NCBI GenBank assembly: GCA_048013815.1
Contig: CM106585.1
Location: 5,952,001 to 6,016,000, forward strand
DNA: 64,000 nt
Direction: 5' to 3'
Source of the DNA: Setoptus koraiensis
Lineage: Eukaryota > Animalia > Arthropoda
The position numbers and the translations under genes were made by a program. Positions 39,701-51,611 of the stretch are shown piece after piece. The number at the start of each line of letters is the position of its first letter. Within the stretch, counting starts at the first letter, position 1. The notes under the pieces are model-generated. The model was not told the origin of the DNA. It made no database searches and was given only the letters and a program-made list of their open reading frames with translations.

Positions 39701-40325
39701 ATGGGCCTGAATCTTTCCAGCTGTTACGAGTGATAGCCAATGGGTAGTTTCTTCTTTGGGCTATGAGCATTCGAATGAGACGCTCATTACCATTGACAAT
39801 GAAGTAACCGCCTATCTCTTCTACGTCCTCAAAACGCTGAATAAGTTGTTTAGGTGTCTTACCTCTTAGGTTGCACAATTGAGACTTGACCATAATTGGT
39901 ATCTCACCGACAATTTCATCGAAATTTTGCTGAATTTTTCCATCCACTTTCCACAAAAACTCCAGATAGAGACGGCCTCTGTAGGTTTTTCCACGCATTC
40001 TACATTCGCATGGGTACAATTCGCTAGTTTTAGCAACGCATTCTTGGTCAATGGCAGGATAACAAATTCTGTGACCAATGATCTCAATTTTTATGCGCTT
40101 GTTGTTTGGCATTTGATACTCGAAGGGTCTCAAATATTCTATGCCCTTCTTGAGGCCTTCGTCAATAAAATAATCAAACGAATCGATGTGATTCTTGGCA
40201 AACTTTTGTATCATGGCATACTGTTCGTCAGGTATACGTCCAATATCGTCCTTGGTATTGATCAACTTTTGACTGGGATTTCTGGGTATGCTGGCGAGCT
40301 CTTGTTCAAGCTTTTTGACGTCCAT
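36795..40325 (-). CDS. POLR1B: RNA polymerase I second-largest subunit RPA2, ~1176 aa, intronless CDS
   Basis: SHFRSVHRGAFF, GFLCPVHTPDGTPCGLLNH, QSPRNMYCCQMTKQTMG, GDKYANRHGQKG and GGVRFGEMERDSLLAHG. Likely ATG at 40325; the upstream part of the ORF track resembles intron/acceptor sequence. Confidence 0.96.
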   Translation of the reverse strand: MDVKKLEQELASIPRNPSQKLINTKDDIGRIPDEQYAMIQKFAKNHIDSFDYFIDEGLKKGIEYLRPFEYQMPNNKRIKIEIIGHRICYPAIDQECVAKTSELYPCECRMRGKTYRGRLYLEFLWKVDGKIQQNFDEIVGEIPIMVKSQLCNLRGKTPKQLIQRFEDVEEIGGYFIVNGNERLIRMLIAQRRNYPLAITRNSWKDSGPFFSEYGVSMRCVGDSQIGQNMVLHYLTNGTAKLKIFSNARQIFLPLVLVMRALVDYTDMKIYKRLVRGNEHNSFYVSCIISMIRLIKEQSITTKKAALEYIGEKFRVQCQLPEWYTDYEVGEHLMKTSVAVHLIKEEDKFNCLVIMMRKLFALAKNECAIESPDNPMFHEIHSSGQIFFTLLIERIEQFLTGLKMCFDIHLKKLEKSGKEFKLDKEFILRMLRLRYGTIVRPLDYLLATGNLQSTSGLGLMQKVGMTVMAEKINYLRFVSHFRSVHRGAFFAKMRTTACRKLYPEAWGFLCPVHTPDGTPCGLLNHVTESCVITSKTNDTEPVDKFLSSQSIIPVDTEDMSIPFSEYYDITIDGRLIGYVHHNLAHELIDNLRKYKVKQTKGLPIDMEICLIPKTPHPTQYPGLYIFTNISRMMRPVFNLKAKSIEWIGTFEQVYMDICVNEAEAISGRTTHKELVETSFLSIMAALIPYPDFNQSPRNMYCCQMTKQTMGSSSHTLKYRCDNKMYNIETPQSPLIRPAIYDHYHLDEFPLGTNALVAVISYTGYDMEDAMIINKAAAERGFTHGSIMKTIVVNLREVGNVRLTKEQMYLFGYLEDVDKKLIKGKIDVDGLPYIGTKLNMDDPICCYYDISNRVTKMERYKSSEQAHVLDVKLLGSDDGKDLLQKVAITLWVARRPFVGDKYANRHGQKGVCSLLWPEEDMPFTESGMRPDIIFNPHGYPSRMTIGMMLESMAGKASAMRGEAMDATPFRFSESDIASDFYGKMLQDSGFNYYGTERMYSGVDGHELRAEIFIGLVYYIRLRHMVSDKYQVRSSGPIDQITHQPVKGRKRGGGVRFGEMERDSLLAHGASFLLQDRLVNCSDGGMTYVCTKCGSIISPSLEMQDADSIKKMVDSDGKVIVTNQQLREVKRHWSCRLCKSKVEIRPVYLPYVIRYLTAELASVNIALRLDIKDAIGPNV

Positions 40326-42146
40326 TTTTCCTGCTAAACTTATCAACAGGATTATGAGATAATAATAAATTATTACGATGTTACAATATCGACAAACATT
40401 CAACCATCACAATGGGCAGTAGAAAGGGGGGATGTGCTGGTACAAAGTTGGAGGTTTTAACGGAATGGCAGCAAAACGTGTCTGGAATAATGAAAAACAC
40501 GTGGGTCGTTCAGAGCCAGCTCACGGGCAGTTTAACTTGGAACGCGATTGTCAAACTGCCATTTTAAACTGCGTCCAAAGTCCACAGACAGCTGATTAGC
40601 AAAAACTAACTGCAGGTAACTGCAGACTGCAGTTGTGTAACTGTACTGCCGGTCCGTCTTGTTAGATGAATGGGGGCGTGACAGGGAGGCGCGTCTCTTT
40701 TGTTGCCACCTTGTTCGAAGGTACTCATATCCCAACACTAGACCTGGATAATAATTGAATTGTCGATTAGCCGAAATATGTGATTATCTCTGAACAATCC
40801 ATAGATTTTTGCTGCATTTAGCAAATCAAAAATGCGACAAAACGAAGTTTTATCTCAACTTCTCCGGCCGGGTGCGGGATAACAGAAGAGGGCGTAACGG
40901 AAGCGGTATGACACAACTGGTTCGTTTGGATTATGAAAAGATGGAAAAAAGAAAAAATCAGGGCGCAAAAGTCTGGCCAAGACATGTGTATGCTTGCTCT
41001 GGCTAGCTTGCAAAAACAAGTCAGTGTAACTGGTTTTGTGTCAACGGATTGCAACCACTAGAGCTCAAAACTAGGAAGAGAGAACGGAGAATAACTATTG
41101 CCATGAGTTTGATCATCATCATGGATTCAGCCACCAACTGTTCTTACCCGGCAGCGACAACAAAACAACAAGCGACTTTACAATTGCCTCAAACTATGCA
41201 CTTGTCCATTTCTGTTGGCCATCATCGCCGTAGGCGTCATCATCTGTAACAACCGCCAGTAGTGAATATTGTTGTTGTTCCAACTGTTTTCTTGTATTTA
41301 TCTGTATATATCTGTGTAGATGGAGATCACTGTGCCAGCGCTGCCTTCGCCGTTGTTAATGCTTCAGCAGCTAGTAAAAGTATATCTTGAATTGAGTTCA
41401 ACATGTTGTTATTAGCTGTTGCGGTGGTGGCGTCGGAGGTTAAGACATCCCTGTAGCTTGTATCTACTGAGAAAATATGTCTTAATCTATAGACTCTCAA
41501 ATACTATATATTAGTAGATATTACCCTGATACGAGCCAATTGAGTTTATATTGATAGACTTTTTCCTCTCCCTCTCTCTCAGACACCATCCTACAATATG
41601 TTGTGATTTGCTCCAATGGTCTGATAGAAGAATAATTTGAATAGACATAGTGATTAGTTTCTACTAAGCATCTATGAAGAGATATCATGTATCGACAATG
41701 ATCTTTATTGTATTCCATATTTGTATTTAGTTTAGCGAAGCTAACCTACGACAGCCATCAACCTCAGATGAAAATTCTCAACACAAGTCAACCAACATCA
41801 TCACCGGAATACATCATTTGTCATTGATTAGAGCGATTTACTTCGTTCTGGATAGAATATTTTCACAGGATCCATTTATTATTATTATAATTTTCATTGA
41901 CGGAGATGGAACCCACAGCAACATTGCTCAGAAAAACGATCTACATGACAAATTAATCACTTTAAACTACTACTAATAACATTCAATCATCTAATCCATG
42001 CAATTCTTGCAACGTGTCCAGATCATATTCAGTCAATATATTTTATTTATGAAATTTTTAAATATAGAGAAATATTTTACAACTTCTTAGCAAAGCCAAC
42101 AAGTTGAACCTCTAGGGACTAGCAAGAATTAGTTAACACTATCCAA

Positions 42147-43970
42147 ATGACATCATCATATCAATTTAATGCATCCTATGAATTATGGGCAGCTGCTCTA
42201 GCATCTTCAGCTTCAATTGGTCTAACTAGTCTTGTTCCTTGGATGTTTAATCTAAATTTCATTGATGACAATGGCATTGACTCCAAGGATAAAAGTCATG
42301 CTGGCAACAATTCTAAAGGTAGGTGCACACATCTATTAAGCAAACAATTAAATCCAATAAACTGTGGTTGCGTAGCAACCATTATATCGACAGCGCAAAC
42401 AGCAAACACTTGAAAATAAACAATAGACACTCCAATATCAATGCTCGAAGGCGTGATTATAACTATGAAGTGTATAGTTAGAGAGCTCTTATCAGAATTG
42501 TTTTACTGCCACCAATAACACTTAATCGATATCTATCATCTGTAACACTCGTGTCATCATAGAAGAGACAATCAGTGAACTTATAAGAATCACATTATCA
42601 CCCTTGTCTCATGACTGCAATCAAGTTGATGGTAAAGCTAAAATGTCTTTAGAACCCATCTTACCCAAGCAGGGCGTGAGTATAGCTCACGAGGGAGTAT
42701 CACTGATGCTTAGTAAACCTAAATTATTACCTTTGAGATCGTATTCTTTAGTACAATCCAACCAAGTTAGGAAACGTCAGAATCAAGAAACAGATCAAAA
42801 GCATACTTGGACACATGATCCAGTTAATAAATGACGCTCCCTGCTTCCTTTTTTTAACTATTTCAACTTCAATTTGCGATTATGTCATTAATATATAGGT
42901 CCACAAAACAGACGTTTAAAGTTGATGCTTAGCTTCGCTGTTGGATCCATACTTGGCGACATATTTTTACACTTAATACCGGAATCTATTAATTCTCAGC
43001 TTGTTGAGAGCCAAAGCAACCATGATGCGTATAAGAAAGTTGGTCTCTCAATCATTAGTGGAGTGCTTATGTTTATAATAGTCGAAAAACTAATTGAGAA
43101 TTTGCTCACGGACGTTCTGTCCAACAACACCATTTCTCTTGATACTAGGAGTGATGCTTCGGTCGTAGACATTATCAAGAAGTCACCATCATCTGATCTC
43201 ACTGTGAAGCACAGAAAACAAACCAAAGACAAGAAAAATTCAGCCGATGACAACAATAATAACAATAGTTGCCTATATAACAATTATTACGTAAATTCAG
43301 AGAGAGAGACGAACAACAACATCTCATCATTTTTCGAAGCAAATGGTTCTCCAAAATATGAAAAAACAACTAACACACAAGAGAAGGCACCCTTGACCCG
43401 ACAAAACTCTAATCCTGCAGTTGAGAACAAAGTTAGAATGATAGAAACCGCAGGATACTTGAATCTGATAGCAAATGGATTCGATAACTTTACTCATGGA
43501 TTGGCGGTCGGCGCCAGTTTCCTTGTTGGTTTCAAAGTCGGATTATTAACAACATTTGTCATCATTATCCACGAGATACCTCATGAAATATGTGATTATG
43601 CCATTCTAGTCAAGTCCGGATTCAACAGATGGGATGCAGTCAGAGGTAAGCGCTAATTCGACTGAATCTTAAAACTTCTGTGAGCGACAATAAACTGATC
43701 AATAGCGTTTTCTTTTTTTCAGCTCAATCATCAACTGCAATATTTGGTGTATTAGGCACTATAACTGCCCTGTCTGTTAAATCTATGAAAGCCCTTAGCA
43801 TACAGACAGGATGGATACTTCCATTCTCATCAGGTGGATTCCTTTATATAGCCCTAGTTAACATACTCCCAGAACTCCTGGACGATAGAACAAGCTCAAG
43901 AGATTCGTTCAATCAGATACTTTGCATCTTGGTAGGAATTTCCTTCATGGCAATGGTAACATTTTTGTGA
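42147..43970 (+). CDS. SLC39A13: LIV-1 family zinc transporter ZIP13-like, 388 aa
   Basis: Exons 42147-42318, 42899-43645 and 43723-43970 (phase-1 GT-AG introns of 580 and 77 nt). LSFAVGSILGDIFLHLIPE, NGFDNFTHGLAVGASF, HEIPHE, GGFLYIALVNILPELL; no His-rich ZIP7-type N-terminus. Confidence 0.88.
42643..42834 (+). CDS. BBIP1: BBSome-interacting protein 1 (BBIP10), 63 aa, nested in ZIP13 intron 1
   Basis: EPILPKQG...LMLSKPKLLPLRSYSL matches BBIP1 EVLPKQG...MVLCKPKLLPLKSLTL; AATAAA at 42826-42831. Confidence 0.82.
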   Translation: MSLEPILPKQGVSIAHEGVSLMLSKPKLLPLRSYSLVQSNQVRKRQNQETDQKHTWTHDPVNK

Positions 43971-44327
43971 ATAAGTCTCCCAGATTAATGGCAGTTTATA
44001 TAAGCATTCTCGTTTTAAACTTTATAGATTCACTGGGCAATACATTCCATCTTTTTTCTTTGTTTTGTTTCAAGCTTTCTTGGTTCAAGAAAAGTTATTC
44101 ATGTACTATATTGATTTTTAATAAATATCTCTTTGGTATATATACTCAATATTCGTGTAGAGTCTCTTTGAAACAATTTACAGTGTAAATATAATGTACG
44201 CATAACTCATAATTTGCCAACATCAAATATAGGTTAGTATGTTCCCTGTGGAATTGATGATTCTCTACATTTTTGTTCAAACAAGGACGGAGAGATCACC
44301 TCAAAAAGAGAATTATTACTGTTGTGT

Positions 44328-45712
44328 TCACATCTTCGGAATCTTACGGACAAGCTTCAGCTCGTGCGCTAACCAAAGACTAGAGCTAAGAAGAGCAAGA
44401 GCGCCGGATTGATGAGTGGCTGCTAGGTGCTTTGGTACATAAAGGAGTAAGGTTGTAACACCCAGAGACAACTGAAACGCTGCTAACATCATGACTAGAT
44501 TCGAAGCAAACCTAAGCCTGGGATTCAGAGAAAGTCTTCTCGAGTATAACCAAGTTCCGGTAGCTAAAAGAAAGGTAAGCTGTCCAAGCCATCTATGATC
44601 GAACTGCACTGTAGTAGAGTTCTGAATGAAATTTTTCCAAAATGGCATATTGGCCGAAATAATATCGGTAGGTATCCATCTATCAGCCATCATTGGCCAT
44701 GAATTGTAGGTCAAGCCGGCCTCTAGGCCTGCCACCAAAGCTCCGGAAACAGCTGTTGTGAAAACTGCTCCTGTCAGACCATAAGCCAGCCTCTTGTATC
44801 TGAATAAGTTCGAGGCTTTAGTTAGGGTATTTGGAGGTATTAGATGATGTAGAGCCGTTAAAAACGTGATTGAATAAAACAGAAAAGCAGTCCCGAGATG
44901 GCTGGCCAACCTGAGGTGGCTGACTTGTGGTTTGTTGTAGTGTTCAGGTTTATCTTCAAGTCCACTCTTAACCATGTACCAACCGAGGCCACCCTGTAAT
45001 ATTGCAACAGTGATAGTGTTGTCGGATCGCTATTAGTTTTCAGTTGTGTAAAAGATTGAATGTAATTTTAAGAATGGGCCTCCATAGAGCTCATCTAATT
45101 TACCTGAAACAGAATCAATCCGCCGAGTAAAGCTATGACACCTTTTGTTCTTCCTTTGAAATATCCTTTGTAAGCAAAGTATGAGGCTGGCAGAAAAAAG
45201 CTAAGGCCTATGATTCTACCAAATGTTCTGTGAACATACTCCATGTACCAGATCCATTTAAAATCACTTAGGGTAATCTCACTATTTGTAAGTTTAAACT
45301 CTGGGTATTGTTGGTATTTTAAAAATTCCTCTTGCCATTGAAGGTTATTTTTGGGAGGCAGCTCATTGAACGGATGCCAATCGACCATGGATAGGCCAGC
45401 TTTTGTGAGTCTAGTTATACCACCTAACATAACGGTACCTGCGGTGATTGCACAAACCGAGGCCAACCAAAAACCAACCTGCTGGCTGCCAGTTCTGAGG
45501 GCCTGAGGATTACATTGAATAGGAACAGTTGTACTGCAGTATGATGATCTCGAAAAAAATCCCTGTCTTAAGCTATCCAGTGGTCGCACTTTTACGTTCA
45601 GGGAGTTGATCTTTGACATCAGCTTTTCCTCATGGCATGTTACAAATTGTCTGAATATTGTCGCACCATGACCATACTTTAAATTTTTTGTCAAAGCGTG
45701 TAAAAAATACAT
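44328..45712 (-). CDS. COX15: Heme A synthase COX15, ~424 aa
   Basis: Exons 45712-45104 and 44993-44328 (110-nt phase-0 intron). LGGITRLTKAGLSMVDW, WYMEYVHRTFGRIIG, GWYMVKSGL, VAGLEAGLTYNSWPMM and HQSGA. Confidence 0.95.
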
Positions 45713-45918
45713 CTTGAGAGGGAGGATCACTTGACAGAGAAATATAGGTTCTGGCGGTTTTGTGTTTTAAATGAGTCGCTTGATGTAATGAATTTCACTC
45801 TAATTATATCAATCAATTGTTTTGCTTCTATATTTGGATGGTAAACCAGATAAATCAAGACACAATATCTGCAGCGCGCAACATTTGAAAGGCCAAACAA
45901 ACAAGTGCAGTCAGTCCA

Positions 45919-46618
45919 TTACTTGATTAAGCCTCGCTCGAAGAATTCCCTTAGAAATTGATCTTTCAATCGTAAAATTTTATCATTTTGTTCTAAGACT
46001 TCCTTGTTTAGTTGTAGCAGATTAGAACGAATCTCTCTCATTTGACATACATGGCAAGCTGATTGAGATCCGGCGGTCAATTCAGCATCGCCGATTCGTG
46101 GGATGCTGCTAGTACTATCGGAGATTTTTCTTTTTGTGGATAATGTTGTGCCATTTTGTTTCACAGGTATCTTTGATCGGCTGCCACCATTGGATATTAG
46201 CAGGCCATTCTTGTTGATATTATTGTTGTTAATATTAGGATTAGAGTTTGAATTGGCGTCTTTGTAACAGCAAATTCGTCTATTATCTGGATTCTGTCTA
46301 AGCTCCTCTTTCAATTGTTTTGTCAGGAGCTTATAATGATCTCGCCACGATTCGCTTTGCCTGTGGTATAATAGAATGTATAAAATATTGAGAATTGTGG
46401 TCAATGTTGGTACAACTGGCACCTGAGACATGGATAATACTTTCCTGCTTGCCTGATACTTACACGTACGGTACATTACGATCATTTGAATGACTATCTG
46501 GTGTATCGGCCGATAGTCCGATGATTTGTCTAGTATTACTATTTTGCTGTGCCCTCCTATGCTGAATATGATTATGATGATTAAACTGGTGGCTTAATTC
46601 TTCTGAATTTTGGGCCAT
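45919..46618 (-). CDS. Uncharacterised protein, ~198 aa, with C-terminal CxxC and coiled coil
   Basis: Exons 46618-46464 and 46360-45919 joined in frame by a phase-2 GTAAGT...CACAG intron (103 nt); no family recognised; start may lie further upstream. Confidence 0.6.
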
Positions 46619-47186
46619 TTGATGATTATACTGCAATTGTATCGTAACAGCAAGTATCCTCTTGCTTTCTATACAATTTTAAGGTTTAGCTACGGGCCAA
46701 CTTGCAATGGTTTTTGTCATGGATGCACACTTAATACTGGTCTCTTTCAAAGAATTAAAAAACATATCTTTTAGAACAAGGAGGACGGTAATATTTATGA
46801 TGAGTATATAAAAAAAGGCGATAACAATAGTGTATCTATAGAGAGAATTGTTGAAGAATAAAGACAAGACCACCTTTGTCTGTTTTATCTGTGTCAACGT
46901 CAACAATGCAGCCAGTCAGCCTGACAAGCACCACCACCAGTACAGCAGGTTTTTATATTCAAGGTGCATGCAACATGGTGCAACATTTATGTTAACAGTG
47001 CACTTGTATATAGAACAGTTATTTTGCGACGCTAAAAAGACAATTATGTTCAATGGTTATTTCCATGGTGTAATAACGATATTAACTATGGGTCATCGAA
47101 ATAAGAGAATTTTATTTCATGTTTGACATCAGGGACTGTTTTGCAACACACACCTTGTTTGTAACAAAACAAATTGGAATTGTTAG

Positions 47187-47825
47187 TTAGTATTGAAACA
47201 AGGAATGGACTGGAGTTCCAGCGAGCTTCTCTTTACCCTTGAGAGAGCTCAACTCTATGACAACAATTGAGGCAACCACACTAGAGCCGCTCATTTCAAC
47301 CAATTTCTTTGATGCCTCTAAAGAGCCACCAGAGGCTATTAAATCATCAACCAGCACACATTTAGTGCCCCTTGGCAAAGCATACTTTTGCACTTCAAGA
47401 GTATCATGGCCGTACTCAAGATCGTATTGCATCGAATACAACTGTCCTGGAAGTTTTCCTTTTTTTCTGATAGGCACAAAAGGTATTTTTAGTTTTTGAG
47501 CCATGGATGGTCCAAGGAGAAAGCCTCTCGACTCTATGCCGAGTATTCTATCAAATTTAACGTCTTTCACCTTATCGCACATGATCTCAATAAGATCACT
47601 GAACGCTTCAGGTTCCGCTAGTACAGGCATGATATCTCTGTTTAGATAGCAGACACGGTATAGGTAAAGTCAACAGTCGGAATAGTCAATTATTAGTGGA
47701 GCGTGTGCATGATGATTAAAGTGAGAAGCTCAGACCCACCTGAAAAGAATGCCCGGCTTCGGAAAGTCGGGATAAATTCCAAAGCGTTCTTCAATTCGCT
47801 TGAGCTTTTGCTTGATTTCCACCAT
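47187..47825 (-). CDS. APRT: Adenine phosphoribosyltransferase, 178 aa
   Basis: Exons 47825-47740 and 47637-47187 (102-nt phase-2 intron) give PDFPKPGILF-RDIMP; also GIESRGF, RKKGKLPG, YDLEYG and the PRPP motif LVDDLIASGGS. Confidence 0.96.
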
Positions 47826-48759
47826 GTTCGGGCTAACAAAAATTCGTAAAATTCGGTTAATTTTCACTCAGTATATTTTCAACAACAATGTAGACTAAAT
47901 GATTAAATTGTTCATGTATCACTGTGGCATGATGAAGTTATAAAACAAGATTTATTATCCAATCCGCATGCTATAGATGGAGACGAACCAGCGAATAATG
48001 TGTGCTAGTGGAATGCCTGCATACCATCTGGTGACATGTTACATGTGGTAATTACGATGGTAGTTGATTAGAAAAAATACACCCGAATAGTGAGTGAGCT
48101 TATCAGCGATTTTGATCAGCGTATAATGTGTAGTGCGATTTGTAGTTGAGATCGTCTGAAGGACGATCACTATACCGCTGCCATACTTACGTTACAATAC
48201 GAGCCGACTGATGTGATTGACTATAAATATTGATTCCGAGCTATGAGAATATCCGTTGCCGAGGTTTTTCCATTGTGTCACACGTAAGAGATTCAACAAA
48301 AATTAGAAATTCAACAAATACAGGTCGCATGTACTGTCACATTGGGACGAGCTTGAACATGCCCGAATTTACTCCCCCAAAGAAGCACATGTACTCACAC
48401 TGGACAACAACAACTGTACGCGCATTGTGTTATGTAAACGCCGCATGAGCACCGGATTTCATGGGGGACGACGCCGGCACGCGCACACTCATTCGCGCTC
48501 TAAAATCAGATGGTTTCGAGACGGACCTGTTGACCAAAAGAGATCCGCCGTTGTTTGCCCATACGAGATGACCATAATCCGTTGAGTCAGCGCACGCTTT
48601 TCACTGCCCATGATGGATTGATAGCCCGTGATATCCGTTTATACTCGATAGTCACATACTTAATACGAACCATAAGTACCACAGGACCGATTATTACTGC
48701 CCGCGACATACATTGTAATCATTGATAGCGACCAATTTATTAAATTAATATTTTTAAAA

Positions 48760-49140
48760 ATGCCCGGACAACGACCGCTTCTTGCTATGAGCTTCCTTGC
48801 CTCGGTTGGAATAACGCTGGACGTTTTAGCCTGCACCTATCCCAAGGGAGCCAACAACTTTTGGCCGCTCATAGTTTTTATTTTCTATTTTCTTGTTCCC
48901 TTGCCTCTCATGATATCAAATAGGATCAACAAGGACGCCATGTCGGCGCCGCCCGACGCCAAGGCAAGAGACTTGGCACTATTCTTGACCGCTGGAATAA
49001 TGGTCTCCAATATGGCCCTGCCCATAATTATGTCCAGAACACTTATCATTACATGGGCGGCTTGTGCTCTGGTGTCCGTGGGCAACATTCTCTGTTTTAT
49101 GACAATTGGCTTGTTTTGCCTGTATTTTGGTGATAAATGA
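48760..49140 (+). CDS. LEPROT: Leptin receptor overlapping transcript / Vps55 (endospanin) family, 126 aa, intronless
   Basis: Four TM segments; LACTY...NFWPLIV...LVPLP...LFLTAGIMVSNMALPIIMSR...ITWAACAL. Confidence 0.85.
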   Translation: MPGQRPLLAMSFLASVGITLDVLACTYPKGANNFWPLIVFIFYFLVPLPLMISNRINKDAMSAPPDAKARDLALFLTAGIMVSNMALPIIMSRTLIITWAACALVSVGNILCFMTIGLFCLYFGDK

Positions 49141-49677
49141 AACAAGACATTGCACGCGCACTCTAGACAATCACCAGTTCTACAAATTTGATATTTTAAT
49201 GGAACCCCACACTAATTTAATCTCGTGACTAGGAATCGTGTTAGGATTCTGCATGAAAAAAACTAACTACTCTAACATGTTCACCACAATCGACAAGCTA
49301 ATGTATATTGTACTTATTCAACGATCTTCGCCCATTCTCAGGGTAAACCTAGTGATTGCAACAAGCGCAATTCTGGCCTTAGCTTTATTGTCTTATAATT
49401 AATAAACGTAATTCTCACGTGCCATGCCTGCTACACACCAAAAACGCAAAAACTTTTCTTTTTCACCACTGTATCCATCTTGATATTCTGACGCGCACAG
49501 AATCAGCTGATTTTTGTTTTCTCGTCACTACTTTCACCGGTCCTTACTGGTTTTTGCAACAATCACAATTCAATCTCATCACAATTTTCAATTGTATACT
49601 CTTTTAGTTCAATCCCTCTACAGTTTGCCATAGTTAGATAGCGGTGAATCTTCAACAACAGTCTGCTATTTTGCACT

Positions 49678-51611
49678 ATGAGAGAAGTTTCATTCTTAGA
49701 AAAGTTGGTCTTCGATTTTAATGGAAACATAGCCAAGAATGCCTTAGTTATCGGAGACGCTGACAACGATCAGGTTAGTATGAGATATTGCATGTAATGT
49801 GTGCCTAATGTGTAATGTATTTAACATTTGTATTTATTTAGATTAGTTACTAAAATTTTCTCATCATTGAATATATTTGACAGTGTAACGAGTTGCTATG
49901 TGCGAATCTGCAAGGAGACCTCGCTATTTTCAAGGAGAACAGTTCGACTTGCTGGGCTAGTGCCTCCAATCTTGGTATGGTGACGGCTTGTGTCATTGGT
50001 GATATTACTAACGTAGGCAAAAATCATGTCATAGCCATCAATACAGAAGGCTGGTTGTATATATTCGACACTGAAATAGTCAAACCTGGCTCAAGATCAG
50101 AGTCAATATCTGCCACAACCACAGTGTTGAACGACACAAACGAACAGCATTCCGTTACTGCTACAGACGCTGATCAGCCGATCAGTAAGGTCGAGAGCCA
50201 CAAGATTTCGACCAATTCAGATCAATCATCTGGTTCTAGCAAGGACAGAATGGACTCTAGTAATGGGAAGGACACGTCAAGTAAAACGGTTCCAACTCGT
50301 AAATTAGTTCCCTTTTATGAACAAAGAATGCCAGCGAATCCTCGAGTGATGCTTCTAGCTGATCTTGATGGTGATAAATTGATTGAGCTCATTATTGGAC
50401 TAACAGATAGAGTTTTGAGAACTTACAGGTGGATAAAGATTGGCGAAAACAAGGGCAAATTAGTAGGAGTATACAAATGGGAATTTGCTGATCAGATAGG
50501 AGCAGTATCGCTGAATCCAAGCTCCCATGACGGATGTCAGGATATTATAGTAGCGCAACCAGGGGGCACTTATGCAAAGTTGGAATGTATCGAAAAGAAA
50601 TCTAATGATAGTCATGGAGCTCATCATTCTGACAACAATAATGGCACAACTACTCAGAGCAACCAGAATGCCAGTGATAACGTAATAACAAAGGGCGTCA
50701 ATATGATATATAATGATGATGACAATGTTCCATCGGAGTATGTAAGCAAATTGACTCCCGAATATCATCAATTAGCCTTGACTCAAATGCGAAACCCCCA
50801 CATAAGTACAGAGATTCTAGGCGGTATAAGGGGCAGTTCCATTGCTGGTAACAGCATGAAGATGTCGAAGGCCCACGAAAATAGCAGGAAAATCTCACCG
50901 AATATTCAATCCAATCACGACTCTATCCGCAACTTGACAACCTTGGAATTAAGTGAGGGAAATACTGATTGGTCGTCTTCATTAATTGTCATATCTACCT
51001 TGGACGGTACTTTAATGCTAGTGAACAAAGATGAGGTGCTCTGGTCCATCCAAGTAGATCACCAATTGTTTGCATTAGATAAGCTTGAGATACCCTCTAA
51101 TTCTAGTAGTGGTACCTCCTCCTTGGATGCAATTGGCATGTCTAAATTAAAAATAATCGATGGCGGTGTATCGCCTAAAACTAACGACCACATAAAGCAG
51201 TACCTCATAGCTTGTGCGTGGGATGGCAAAACTTACATTGTAGACGAAGATAGAAATTATTTAAGGTTTAAATTTAGCGAAGCTGTATCATCGTTCGCAG
51301 CCGGAAATTACTTCTTCAACGGTAGGCACCATGCATCGCTGGTATATGCCACATTTAATAATCAGATCATTCTTTACCACGATGTCGAGCTGGACAACAT
51401 AAAACCTCGTTATCTGTTGGATGAAATAATGAACAATCCAGAGCATAGAGAACTTCTCGCTGATATAGCCAAACTGACCAAGTCTAAAGCACATGAGCTA
51501 TGCGAAAGTAATAAGGAACCTACGGCGGATCAGACACCAATTGATAGCAATCTCATAAGACAAAAGTTGTACGAGATACTTTATGAGTTTCCGTCATTGG
51601 TTAGCATATAA
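49678..51611 (+). CDS. ITFG2: KICSTOR subunit ITFG2 (integrin alpha FG-GAP repeat protein 2), ~607 aa
   Basis: Exons 49678-49773 and 49884-51611 (110-nt phase-0 intron). MREVSFLEK...IGDADNDQ-CNELL, LADLDGDKLIELIIGLTDRVLRTYRW, TLDGTLMLV, WSIQVDHQLFALDKL and ACAWDGKTYIVD. Confidence 0.9.

Noticed and set aside
27635-51611. SEH1 (GATOR2) and ITFG2 (KICSTOR) in one window as an mTORC1 cluster
   Set aside because: They are about 21 kb apart with many unrelated genes between; no evidence of functional linkage.
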